From IMG/VR virus record IMGVR_UViG_3300021400_000252: DNA of 64,000 nt; one strand, given 5' to 3'. Origin of the DNA: a virus. Its lineage: Duplodnaviria > Caudoviricetes. The notes under the pieces are model-generated. The model was not told the DNA's origin. It saw only the letters and a program-made list of their open reading frames with translations, and searched no databases. This document shows positions 49,001-60,013 of this stretch, piece by piece. Position numbers and translations under genes: made by a program. How positions within the stretch are numbered: position 1 is the first letter of the stretch; each line of letters opens with the position of its first letter.

Positions 49001-49645
49001 ATGATTAAATACTTTGTTAGAACTACTGGAGAACGATCTTTTGATTATTCTCCATTAAATGTTATACCTTTATATGATTATAATCATGATCCAATAAATA
49101 GTTTTATTAGTCAATTAGAGATTATAAGTGAATATGATGCTGTGTTATTAGAAGATGATCTTGTTTTATGTAAAGATTTTCAAAATGAGATTGAAAAAGT
49201 TATAGCTAAATATTCAGATAAAATAATTAACTTTTTCTCACGTCCTAAATATTATTTTCAAACAACTTTAACATTAGAAGATTTTACATATAACCAGTGT
49301 ACTTATTATCCAAAAGGAATCGGAAAAATTTTAGCTGAAGAAATGAAAAAGATTTTAAAGTGGTGGCCATCATCAGCAAGATTGTGGTCTCAAGTTGAAA
49401 GTAGAGCATTAATGAATTTAGGTATACCGCATATAATCTATAGACCTTGCTTAGTTCAACATAGTGATCATTCGTCAATATTACAGCCTGGAAAAGAAGC
49501 AAGAACAACTATTTGGTTTAAAGATTATTTAGATGAGTTAAATCTTGATTATAATAACTTAGATGTTTTAAAATATAGAAAAGAATTAAGTAAACTAAGA
49601 GATAAATACTTTAAAGAAGAGGTAAATAAAGATGTTAATCGATAA
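49001..49645 (+). CDS. GT-A fold glycosyltransferase-like protein
   Basis: VLLEDD...PCLVQH..SS. Confidence 0.75.
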   Translation: MIKYFVRTTGERSFDYSPLNVIPLYDYNHDPINSFISQLEIISEYDAVLLEDDLVLCKDFQNEIEKVIAKYSDKIINFFSRPKYYFQTTLTLEDFTYNQCTYYPKGIGKILAEEMKKILKWWPSSARLWSQVESRALMNLGIPHIIYRPCLVQHSDHSSILQPGKEARTTIWFKDYLDELNLDYNNLDVLKYRKELSKLRDKYFKEEVNKDVNR

Positions 49646-50294
49646 TAAAGCTGTCTTCTGGCAGGATTCGAATTCTATTATAATAAGTAATCATAGTGAT
49701 TTTAAAAAACAAGAAATAATTCAAACTAATGAAATAGTCTTTAATGGTCCACATATTAAATTTGTAGATAAAAAACCTATTTTTATAAATGAGCCAAGAA
49801 CATATACTTATGAACCTAATACTGTTTTTAGTAATATCAATATTAAGCCATCTATAAATAGATATATTAAAGATATAAAAAAGTTTAATAAAATAGCGGA
49901 GATCGGTGGTAGATATGGAAGCTCATCTATTTGGATACTTGATAATATGAACGAAGATGCATATTTAGATATTTATGAAGTAGATAAAGATTATGCAGAT
50001 ATTATAAAAGATAGATTAAAAGACTATAATAATTATGATTTAATTTACGGCGATGCACGAGAAACAATTAAACAAGATATAATTTATGATTTAATCTTTT
50101 TTGATTGTTCGCACATCTTTGACATAGATAAAGTTATTTTTGATAAATTAAAGAATAATATTGATGAAAATACTATTATTATTTTTGATGACTACTTTAT
50201 GCCTGACGTAAGAAAATTAGTTAGATATGCATTAAAAGATTATAAAAGCACAAATATTATTTATAGACAAAAATTCTTAACTGAAGGAGTTTAA
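49632..50294 (+). CDS. class I SAM-dependent methyltransferase
   Basis: AEIGGRYGSS, YDLIFFDCSH, IIFDDY. Confidence 0.85.
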   Translation: MLIDNKAVFWQDSNSIIISNHSDFKKQEIIQTNEIVFNGPHIKFVDKKPIFINEPRTYTYEPNTVFSNINIKPSINRYIKDIKKFNKIAEIGGRYGSSSIWILDNMNEDAYLDIYEVDKDYADIIKDRLKDYNNYDLIYGDARETIKQDIIYDLIFFDCSHIFDIDKVIFDKLKNNIDENTIIIFDDYFMPDVRKLVRYALKDYKSTNIIYRQKFLTEGV

Positions 50295-50295
50295 A

Positions 50296-51138
50296 ATGTT
50301 TGATGTAGACTTAGTCGTTCCATATGTAGATATGAACGATGAAAATTGGATAGAATTAGCTAAACAAAATAATATAAAAATTCAAAAAGAACGTTTTAGA
50401 GGACAAGGAGATTTTTTTAGATATTTCTTTAGATGTATTGATAAAAATCTTCCTTGGATAAATAACTTATTTTTAATCGTTCAAAGCAATTCACAAGTAC
50501 CAGACTTTATTAATATATCAAAAGTAAAGATAATAAAACATGAGGATTTCATTCCAAAAGAATTTCTACCTGTTTATAGTAGTTGTACTATAGAAATGTT
50601 TTTACAAAACATTCCTGGATTATCAGAACACTTTTTATATTTTAATGATGATGTATTTGTAATTAAACCATTATTAAGAACACAATTTTTCATTGAGGAT
50701 AAAGTTTGTCAAAGCTTCACAGATAGATTTCCAATAGGAATATACGGAAATCACGTTAAAAATGGATGTAAGTTAATTTTTGGAGATGATCATGTTGTTT
50801 CAATGAACCACTCTATTAAAACGTTGTTAAAGAGCAAATGCATCGAGTGTTTTAATATTTATAAAAATGAAATATTAAATTCAATCTCAAAAACTCGCAC
50901 TGAATTTAATTTTAATGTTTATCTATTTAGTTTTTATTTAAAAAAGATTGGAAAAACAATTAAATCTCAAATTCATAATACATTATACTTTAGAAATATG
51001 TCTAAATGTTTAGATAGTAAATTCAATCAAGTTTTATGTGTAAATGATGATGGATCAAATTTTAGTGTTTATGATGATGAAAAATTAAATACCTGGTTTA
51101 AAAATAATTTTAAAGATAAATCTAAATATGAAAAATAA
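50296..51138 (+). CDS. Stealth-family hexose-1-phosphoryltransferase
   Basis: DLVVPYVD, ERFR, LPWIN, IPGLSEHFLYFNDD, CVND. Confidence 0.92.
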   Translation: MFDVDLVVPYVDMNDENWIELAKQNNIKIQKERFRGQGDFFRYFFRCIDKNLPWINNLFLIVQSNSQVPDFINISKVKIIKHEDFIPKEFLPVYSSCTIEMFLQNIPGLSEHFLYFNDDVFVIKPLLRTQFFIEDKVCQSFTDRFPIGIYGNHVKNGCKLIFGDDHVVSMNHSIKTLLKSKCIECFNIYKNEILNSISKTRTEFNFNVYLFSFYLKKIGKTIKSQIHNTLYFRNMSKCLDSKFNQVLCVNDDGSNFSVYDDEKLNTWFKNNFKDKSKYEK

Positions 51139-51205
51139 GTCAGATAATGACTTATTTTTATTTGCTAAATTATTTGACTAAAAAATCTGTCTTATAAGGA
51201 GATAA

Positions 51206-51856
51206 ATGATGGCTAAAAATTTAACTACAATTTTTAATGAAGTAGCCGTAGCAATACAAGAAAAAACCGGAAAAACAGCTCCGATTGCAGCTGAAGATTT
51301 TGGAGATCAAATAAGAGCGATCGAAACAAAGAGTAATACTAAAGTAAGAGAAGGCCTTCGTTTTAGCACAAGCAACTTATGTGTACATTTAGATAAACTT
51401 TTAGAATATTTGCCGGATGAGGTTAAAAGCCTACATGTTCGTTCTACAGATTATTCTGGTTCTGCTTTTTCTTTTGGTACTTTAAATATTGCGACTATAA
51501 CTTATTTATGAAATGATGGTACTGATGACCATTCTTCTTCTATGCATGAACCAGACTCATTAAGCATAACAAATCATAGTTGAGGTTCAGGAACTAATGT
51601 TGATATTAATATTAATTGGTATGAAGATGAACTTATTGAAAATTTAAATACAAGCGATTTTAATGCTAATTCAACAGTTGAAGATTTACTTACTGCATTA
51701 ATTCAAAAACACGGTAGTCCAGAAGTAAATATATCTTTTTCGTTTTCAGGTAGAAATATAAGTGAGTATGTTTTTACTGAAACACCTATACATCCTACAT
51801 CTGATAAATGTTTTACTTTAGACGCAATAGCTGAAATTTTAACTGAACAAGAATAA
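51206..51856 (+). CDS. tail-fibre-associated protein (216 aa, TGA at 51509 and 51581 read through)
   Basis: TGCTAAATT 51163; AIQEKTGKTAPI...I..I motif typical of phage fibre N-termini; frame open to TAA 51854. Confidence 0.75.
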
Positions 51857-51870
51857 ACTTTATAAAAATA

Positions 51871-51895
51871 AAAAAGCTAGTAATCTAGCTTTTTT
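51871..51895. terminator. bidirectional terminator
   Basis: AAAAAGCTAG-taat-CTAGCTTTTT between convergent genes. Confidence 0.8.
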
Positions 51896-51899
51896 ATTT

Positions 51900-52538
51900 T
51901 TATATTTTAAGATTTAGTTTTTCATTTCTATATTTTAATAATTCTGTTGTTTTAAAAACAATTTCTGGAGAAAAATACTTCAAATTTAAATCTTCTAAAT
52001 AATCAATAAAATATGGAGTTATTCGTTCAGTTCTAGAACGAGATAATGTGCTGTCTTTATCATTATGTTGAACTAAACATGGTCTATAAATTAGATGAGC
52101 TATTTTAAGTTTTCTTAAAGCTTCTCTTAAAGATAATTCGTAAGATTCGTAGTGTTTATCTGTTTTATATCTAAGTCGATCCTCTCTCATTGTTTTTATA
52201 ATATTCTTGATTAATCCTTTTGGAAAATATGTACATTGATTATAACAGAAACAATTCGAATAAGTTGTATTAAAATATTCTAAAGGTGCACTATAAAAGT
52301 TTATAATAGTATTTGGATAAGTACTAATAACTTGTTCTATCCTATTTTTAAAATCTCTACATAATATAATATCATCTTCTAATAAGACTAAATCAAAGTT
52401 AGAATATTTCTCAAGAGCATCTACAAAAGAATCTCATGCACTGTGTTTTGTATCGATAAATAAATCAAAATCGATTTGTTCAAATGATTTATCTAATGTT
52501 CTACTTGGAATAGTTCTAACAACGTATTTAATATTCAT
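51900..52538 (-). CDS. GT-like protein, paralogue of 49001 (212 aa, TGA at 52436 read through)
   Basis: AAGGAG RBS; MNIKYVVRT...LLEDDIILCRDF...YNQCTY.PKG...IYRPCLVQH colinear with 49001. Confidence 0.85.
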
Positions 52539-52540
52539 TA

Positions 52541-53890
52541 TTAAGTCTCCTTATATACTTTATCAAATGCCCATGATGATAAATCTGCAGGAACTGAATG
52601 ATTTTTAATAAAAATTTCATCAAATAATAAAATATAAATTTGATTAATTAATACTCTGATATTTGGATTATAAATTCCTTCTATTTTCTTATTAAATATA
52701 TCGGTTTTTTGAACAACTTTTTTAAATAGAATTAGAGTATCTTTTGGTAAAAAATTCGATTCATCAACCAACCCACCTTGTTCGACAATATTTGATCCAA
52801 GTGCTTGTGGTAATAAATCTAAAACATATTTTTTATAATCTATCGTTTGATTATTTTTTGAATAATTATAAAATTCAGGAGAAATATATGGAATAACATA
52901 ATTTAGATTTGATTCGTGAGCAATCCACTCAATTTGTTTAGTAACAACTCCAAAGAAAAATGCTCGTGGATTAGTTCTTAATAAATCAAGCCTATTTGAT
53001 TTGAACATGCTTCTTTCTAAATCTGTGATTAGATAAAAGTGTGAATTTCTTAATTGGTTTGCTCCATCTCCAGTTACTAAAGTCCAATCATCTTTTTTTA
53101 ACTCTTTGATTTTATTTAATATTGCAAATCTAACAAATAGACCAGGATCCATTAGTTCACCTTCAAACATTTCGACGATAGTAGGTAAAATATTTATTCA
53201 GTGATCTGGTAAATTAACAATAGAACAAGGATAGTTTAACAATAAAGCTGTTTTTTGTGCGATACCGGTTTCAGTTTTATTATAAGTCTCTTTACCGACA
53301 GTAATTGCTAATTTATTTTGTTTATCTTTTAATAAATAAGCTAATAAAGTTGAATCATATCCACCAGACAAAGATAAAATAATATTAGTTAAATCTTTAA
53401 GAGCTAAATTAAGAGCATCAGAATAATTCTCACTAAGATATATATGATTAAGATATTTACTATCAACAACTTTTCCATCAATAAAAGATTTTAATGGTTG
53501 AAGTTTATTAATTCCATCGACTAATGTCTCTTTACTAGTTAAAAATCCTTGTAAAATAAATTTATTGACGGCTACTTTATTTAAAGTTGGATTTTGTTTA
53601 AATTTTATTAAATTTTTTAAATGAATATCTATATAAAAATTATCACCTGTTGAGAAATAATATAGTGAATGACAGTAGCTTAACTGTCCATATTTTGCTG
53701 TTAAAGTGCCAGATAGCTTATCTATTATAATCATAGCATAAAATCCATTATTAGTTATATCAGTATCAACAATATCTGTCACTAATACATTTTTATTTGA
53801 GTCAATTAAATAAATTTTATTATTAATTTCAAAAATATATTTAGCAGAATAAGTTCATTGATTATTTTCTCTGTATGCATATAATTCCAC
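52541..53890 (-). CDS. asparagine-synthetase-like (PP-loop) amidation enzyme (449 aa, TGA at 53857 and 53200 read through)
   Basis: AGGAG RBS with GTG 53890; LSLSGGYDS, TGDGANQL; joins two track ORFs in one frame. Confidence 0.8.
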
Positions 53891-53908
53891 TATAGTATCT
53901 CCTTTATT

Positions 53909-53946
53909 ATAGATTTATTGTATAATATATTATACAATAAATCTAT
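53909..53946. repeat. perfect 38-bp palindrome containing TTGTATAAT on both strands
   Basis: ATAGATTTATTGTATAATA|TATTATACAATAAATCTAT. Confidence 0.9.
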
Positions 53947-54018
53947 TTAATAATAGAAATAGAATAAGGAAGAATAAGGAGGCTAAAATAAAAAAACTAA
54001 TTTCTTAGTCTTTTTTAT

Positions 54019-54342
54019 TTATTCAAAATATTCACATGACAATCTAAATGATCTAGCTTCACAACCAGTTTTTTCTTTTATATATTTTTTAACAAGTAAT
54101 TCAGTACTTACATTTGTTAAATCATCAACAGAACGTACATCTATAGCCATTAATAATTCATCAGGCAATATCCTGGTTGGTCCAGGTTTGCGTTTTTCTT
54201 CGACCTTGTTATTTCTTCTATACAACCAATCCGCCGCTATTTTATAAGCATTAGAACGACCAGTGGAATCAGTAAAAGTATCTGGAATTTTTATTTTTTC
54301 TTCTTCTTTTATATAATCGATTTTTGAAATTTTAATTATCAT
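54019..54342 (-). CDS. hypothetical protein
   Basis: GAGAGG RBS and TTGTATATT on the minus strand. Confidence 0.75.
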   Translation of the reverse strand: MIIKISKIDYIKEEEKIKIPDTFTDSTGRSNAYKIAADWLYRRNNKVEEKRKPGPTRILPDELLMAIDVRSVDDLTNVSTELLVKKYIKEKTGCEARSFRLSCEYFE

Positions 54343-54474
54343 AAAAATTTAACCTCTCAGTCATATTAAATATACAATGTTTTTTATTATATAATGTTAT
54401 AATTCATTAATAAAATACTTGTAAATAATATTGTATAATAAATTATATATAATAAATAATTAAAGGAAGATTAC

Positions 54475-55812
54475 ATGTCAAAGTTAACCTTTGTTCTACC
54501 AACATGCGAACCGGATACAATTAAAAAATATTTAGTTAAATCATTAAAATACTTATTAAAAATTAAAGATAAAATATCTTTTGGGATTTGTTTTCAACCT
54601 CCATATACTGAACAACAAATTCAAGAGATTATAACTTGGTTTGAACCTTTTGATTTTAAATATATTTTTAAAGATTATAAAATTGAAAAACCTAAAGTAC
54701 CATTAATGAAAATGAGGAATGATTGTGCTATGCTCTATCCAGACTCAGATTATTATGCATTATTAGATGATGACATGGAATTTGAAGAAGGAATAGATAA
54801 ATATTATGATGATGTTATAAAATCTATGGATGAAGATCAAAAATTATGTGTTTGTTCTTTTTCTAAGAGGCCTGTAGCTTTAGAAAATTGTTTTTATACT
54901 AATGCTGGGTTAATTTATAGAGGTGGAAAATATTATGGTTATGAAGGTTTAGTACCACATAGACTACCTAATGAATGTTATACTTTAAAACCTTATGATG
55001 GAGAAGACTTAACAGAATTATTTGGTGGTCATCAAGATGAATTATGTGCAATGATTAGAATTGCTCAAGGTGGTTTAACTAAAAGTTATATAAGTGTTCC
55101 AACAAGACATTGAGAAAATAGAAAAGTTTTTGGATATATTCAACATGGTTGGAAAGGTGCTGAACCAATTGATGGTTCTGTCTGTAGTTTTATTAGAAAA
55201 TATTTTTGTAGCTTATATGATCTAGCTCATCGTAATCCAATTTTTGATGAAAAATTAAAACTAATGTTATCTCATCAAAGACGTGTCTTATTAGTAGAAC
55301 AATTAGCCCATCCAATGAAATTTACTTTAAATTTAAATAAATATACGAAAGTTTATTTCACTAATCACTCGACACCAAGAGATGAAAGATCAGTAAATAG
55401 TAATTCAATTAAGTATTCATTTAAAGTAACTAAAGCAGAAGATTATAAAGAATTTACAGTTTTACAATTACATTCTTTAGATAATGGACATGTTCCAGTA
55501 ATTAGAATTTCTATTATAGATAATAGTATTTATATTACTTATAAAGATAATTGTAATGTAAATCATTATACTAAATTGGATAACTTTGAATTAAATCAAG
55601 ATTATACGATTAGTATTAATATTACATCTGATTCTATTGAAATAAATGATGGTAAATGGAAATACGAAAGATGGTTTAATAAACATGAATTTAGATACGG
55701 AATTTATCCTCAGACTGATTTCGGTAACTATGAATTAGTTGTTCATAAAATTGAAATAGATAAAGTCGTTAATAACTGGGTAATAGATAAATATAGAAAT
55801 GTTAGATTATAA
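54475..55812 (+). CDS. GT-A glycosyltransferase fused to PL7-like lyase/lectin domain (445 aa, TGA at 55111 read through)
   Basis: YYALLDDD; C-terminal PRDE..., VLQLH, FRYGIYPQ. Confidence 0.7.
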
Positions 55813-55877
55813 GACCTGAATTTAATATTAAAAGAAAATACCTAGATTCTATATAAAATTTTAATAAGGAGATACTT

Positions 55878-57038
55878 GTGAAAACGAAATTTAGATTCCA
55901 TGTACTTGGAGTACCACATACTAAAACTAATTTAAATTATACTCAGTGTGCATATACTCAGAAAATATATAAATTTTGTAAAATGATGACTGAACGAGGT
56001 CATGAAGTTATCCATTATGGAGTTGAAGGAAGTAATCCGATTTGTACTGAAAATGTAATAGTAGTTTCAGATGAAATTTATAAAAAAGTATATGGTAATT
56101 ATGATTATAAGTCTAGTTTTTTTAAATATAACGTTAATGATGAATGTTATCAAACTTTTTATAAAAATGCTATTATTGAAATTAATAAACGAAAGAAACC
56201 TCATGATTTTTTATTACCATTTTGGGGTGCTGGAGTTAGACCAGTCTGTGATGCATTTCCAGATCTAATTGTTGTAGAACCTGGTATCGGATACGGTGAA
56301 GGACTTTGGGCTAAATATAAAATTTTTGAATCTTATGCTATTTATCATGCTTATCGCACATTAAATTCAGTAGCATATTGCCATCAAAATCAATATGAGG
56401 TCGTAATTCCAAACTATTTTGATTTAAATGATTTTGAAACAAATTTTGATAAAGAATCTAGATTAAATAATAAAGATAGATATTTCTTATTTGTTGGACG
56501 CGTCTATGATGGAAAAGGTGTAAATATTGCTATTCAAGTTTGTCAAGTATTAGGTATTAAATTAAAAATTGCTGGACAACTTAGTGATAAGTATAAAAAT
56601 TATAAATGGCCAGATAATATAGAATATGTAGGAAGTGTTAATACAAAACAACGAAGTGACTTAATGAAGAATGCTATTGCTTCATTTTTACCTTCTCAAT
56701 ATGTTGAACCATTTGGAGGCGTACAAATTGAAAATCTCCTTTGTGGTACTCCAACAATAACTAGTGATTGGGGTGGATTTGCAGAGAATAATATTAACGG
56801 ATTGACTGGTTATAGGTGTAGAACATTTGACGATTATTTAAATGCAGCGTTAAATTGTCTAGATGGAAAAATTGATTATAAAGAATGTAGAAAGTTCGGA
56901 GAAAATTTTAGTCTTGAAAACGTTGCATTAAAATATGAAAAGTATTTTAATGATGTATTAACTTTATATACTAATAGGGATGGTTGGTATACTATTTCAA
57001 ATGAAACTCGTAAGAGAATTAATCAAATTAAAAATTAA
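55878..57038 (+). CDS. GT4 (GT-B) glycosyltransferase
   Basis: FLFVGR...KGV, EPFGGVQIE..LCGTP. Confidence 0.9.
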   Translation: MKTKFRFHVLGVPHTKTNLNYTQCAYTQKIYKFCKMMTERGHEVIHYGVEGSNPICTENVIVVSDEIYKKVYGNYDYKSSFFKYNVNDECYQTFYKNAIIEINKRKKPHDFLLPFWGAGVRPVCDAFPDLIVVEPGIGYGEGLWAKYKIFESYAIYHAYRTLNSVAYCHQNQYEVVIPNYFDLNDFETNFDKESRLNNKDRYFLFVGRVYDGKGVNIAIQVCQVLGIKLKIAGQLSDKYKNYKWPDNIEYVGSVNTKQRSDLMKNAIASFLPSQYVEPFGGVQIENLLCGTPTITSDWGGFAENNINGLTGYRCRTFDDYLNAALNCLDGKIDYKECRKFGENFSLENVALKYEKYFNDVLTLYTNRDGWYTISNETRKRINQIKN

Positions 57039-57063
57039 AATACTTTATTAATTGGAGCTTAAT

Positions 57064-58056
57064 ATGGAAAATATAAAAAATATTAAAGCAATTATAGATC
57101 TAAAAGGAAAATGTCAATCAGTTATTAAGTGGAGATTAACTGATGCTTGCAATTATAGATGTTCATATTGTTTACGATATGCTTGGAGTAAAAAGCCACA
57201 AGATTTAAAATATTTACAAGAAGATATTAAGTTAATAAATGAGGCAGCTCCTGAAGTTGCTAGAATAATAAATGAAATGCCTGGTAAAGTTAAATTAGAT
57301 TTAATCGGTGGAGAGGTCTCTTTATTAGATTTAACTTCAATATTAACTACTTTATTTAAAATTTGTGGAAATAAATTATTTAGAATAAATATTACAACTA
57401 ATATGTCTAATTCGGCTGAATATTATACTAGTCTATGTAATCTTGTGGATAGCTATGGAGCTGAATTGGGAGTAACTTGTAGTTTTCATTCTGAATTTAC
57501 TACATTAGACAAATTTATTTCAAAAATAAAACAAATAAAACATCCAACTGCACAAAAAGAAATCCGTGCTGAATTAGTCTCTCATTTATATAATCAAGAG
57601 TTAGTAAGACAATTTATAGATATTTGTGAAAAAGAAGGTATAACATATTTTGTCGAAAGAGACTTAAGTGCAGATCCAGAGATTAAATCTCAATTATTAA
57701 TTGGTTCTAGTAAGAAAAAATTAGATCGATATAAAGTTATTTCTGATACAAATGAAGAAAAATTATATAAAACAAGAAATGAAGTAATTAGTGGTAATTT
57801 AAGTGATTATAGACATTATTTAGAATTAAATGGATTGTATTGTACAAGAGATTATGATTACGTCTATATCGAAAAAGATGAACATATTGGTAGAATAGGT
57901 GATTCTGACTGTAAACAACGTGAAAATATCTTCTATTTTCACCCACTGGCCGAACCAAAATTATGTATAAAACCTGGTTGTACTTTATGTGGACATATGA
58001 GTGTGAGTAAAGTAAAAGAATTATTAATGTTAGATAAAGAAGGTCAAGAAAAGTAA
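57064..58056 (+). CDS. radical SAM protein
   Basis: CNYRCSYC, LIGGEV, TTN, SFH; C-terminal Cys cluster. Confidence 0.88.
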   Translation: MENIKNIKAIIDLKGKCQSVIKWRLTDACNYRCSYCLRYAWSKKPQDLKYLQEDIKLINEAAPEVARIINEMPGKVKLDLIGGEVSLLDLTSILTTLFKICGNKLFRINITTNMSNSAEYYTSLCNLVDSYGAELGVTCSFHSEFTTLDKFISKIKQIKHPTAQKEIRAELVSHLYNQELVRQFIDICEKEGITYFVERDLSADPEIKSQLLIGSSKKKLDRYKVISDTNEEKLYKTRNEVISGNLSDYRHYLELNGLYCTRDYDYVYIEKDEHIGRIGDSDCKQRENIFYFHPLAEPKLCIKPGCTLCGHMSVSKVKELLMLDKEGQEK

Positions 58057-58127
58057 TCTTGACCTTCTTTTATTAATATTGTATAATATATTATAATATA
58101 TTATAGTAATAAATTTAGGAGTTAAAT

Positions 58128-58946
58128 ATGTTAGATAAACGTATTGTCGTTGTTGGGTTTGGAGTTGTAGGTAAACTTGAATATGATATATTATTTGAAA
58201 GATATACTCCGGATATTTTAGATTTAAATGGGAGTATGTTATTTTCTACTGGAAGTTCAGAATTATTAAAATTTGAAGATGCTTTAGAAAAAATAAAAGA
58301 TGTAGAATATGATTTAGCAATAGTTGCAGTTCCAACACCTTATGATAAAGAAAGTGGAGTTTTAGATTGTCATTTAGTTTATGATGCTGTAAAAGAAGTA
58401 AATGCTAAAATTTATTTAATTAAATCCACAGTTAATGTTGGTTATTGTGATTATTTAGTTGCACAAACAGGTAAACATATAATTCATAGTCCAGAACATG
58501 CCGGAGCAACACAACATTGTAATAATTTTAATTATGATTTTACAATTTTAGGTGGAGATACAGAGGATTGCCAAGTTGTTCAAGAAATATATCAAGAAAT
58601 ATTCGATGCGAGACATATATTTAAGTATATAACTAGAAGAGAAGCTGAAACAGCTAAACTTGTAGAGAATTGTTATTTACCAACAGTTGTAAGTTTTTGA
58701 ACAAGTATTTGAGAAAGTTGTAATAAATTAGGTATTTGTTTTGAAAATGTAAGAGAAGCTGTTTTATTGGATCCAAGAATACCGAGACCACACTCCGCAG
58801 TATATCCAAGCCACCCATTCTGAGATAGTCATTGTTTTAATAAAGATGAACCAGCATTTGCAAATCAAACTGGAAATGAATTATTAAAAAATGTATATCA
58901 ATTCAATGATCAAATGAAAGATAAATATAAAAATAATAAAAAATAA
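58128..58946 (+). CDS. UDP-glucose/GDP-mannose dehydrogenase family protein, short form (272 aa, three TGAs read through)
   Basis: GFGVVG, AVPTP, IKSTV, SPE, AKLVEN, DPRI, SHCFNKD; the catalytic Cys lies after the TGAs. Confidence 0.88.
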
Positions 58947-59075
58947 AAAGAGTTATTAATAACTCTTTTTTTATATATTTATATGCTAAATTATGTGATA
59001 AGTAATTTAAATAAAAGTTATTAAACGATATGCTAAATTATTTAGTTAATATTTTGTTTTTTGGAGGTGACCAGC

Positions 59076-59576
59076 ATGCCAGTTTGGTTAACAGTATTTT
59101 TAGCTCTGGGCGGATCTGCTCTAATAACTTTAATAGTAAATACAATCTGGCGTCATAGTGCTGCTAAGATTAATAGAATTAAAGAATTAGAAAAGAAAGC
59201 CGAAGACGATGCAAGACATGAAGAAGAAAGACGTCGTCAAGAAGAGTGGGAACAAAAAGTTCTAGATTTAATTCATCCGTTATCAGTAAAATTGGATGAA
59301 ATTCAAGAAGAATTAAAATTAAATAAATCAGCTACCACAACAAGTTTAAGAACAGACTTAATGTTATTAAGAGATAGATATAGAGATTTAGGTTATGCAT
59401 CAAGAAATGATAAAGCAGCTTGGAATCAACTATATAATGACTATAAAGAATTAGGTGGTAATCATTTTAAAGAATATGTTGATCAGTGGAAAGAAGAAGT
59501 TAATAATTTACCAACAATCCCTGATATAGAACATGGTAAAGGCAGAAGAACTGAAGATAAAAAGGAGAACGAATAA
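59076..59576 (+). CDS. membrane-anchored coiled-coil protein (holin-associated type)
   Basis: N-terminal TM; LYNDYKELGGNH; late motif at 59031. Confidence 0.75.
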   Translation: MPVWLTVFLALGGSALITLIVNTIWRHSAAKINRIKELEKKAEDDARHEEERRRQEEWEQKVLDLIHPLSVKLDEIQEELKLNKSATTTSLRTDLMLLRDRYRDLGYASRNDKAAWNQLYNDYKELGGNHFKEYVDQWKEEVNNLPTIPDIEHGKGRRTEDKKENE

Positions 59577-59920
59577 TGGATTTTGTAGAAAATGCTAATG
59601 CAATCGTTGCATTAATTAGTGCAGTTGTAGGTTTACTATCTGCTGCTATTCCTCTAGGAGTTGTAATTTATAATTTATTTAAAGGTAAGAAAGCAAAAGA
59701 AGTATTTGCAGATTTAAAAGATATGGCTATGGCTGCTATTGTAGAAGCTGAAAAGACAGGTAAAACTGGTGCTGAAAAGAAAGAGATTGCTATTGCTGCT
59801 GTTAAAGCTGCAGCTGCTGCAAAGAACATTGATATTACACCATTCATGGATGCTTTATTAGCAGTTATCGATCAAATAGTTGCTAATAATAATGCATTTA
59901 TTGAAGCTAAGAAAAATTAA
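59576..59920 (+). CDS. LL-H-like holin
   Basis: N-terminal TM; EAEK...GAEKK..A. Confidence 0.75.
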   Translation: MDFVENANAIVALISAVVGLLSAAIPLGVVIYNLFKGKKAKEVFADLKDMAMAAIVEAEKTGKTGAEKKEIAIAAVKAAAAAKNIDITPFMDALLAVIDQIVANNNAFIEAKKN

Positions 59921-60013
59921 TTATAAATTTTTAAGGTCTAAATTAATTAGACCTTTTTTATTTTACTTTTAATTGCTAAATTGTATGAGTAATTAATTTA
60001 TAGGAGAAAGACT

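Noticed and set aside
32187-56268. Alternative-frame + strand ORFs 32187-32369 and 56071-56268
   Set aside because: They are nested in or overlap better-supported genes and lack an evident RBS.
58698-58823. Selenocysteine insertion at the TGA codons
   Set aside because: The TGAs do not align with catalytic Cys positions, and no common SECIS-like hairpin is evident after them.
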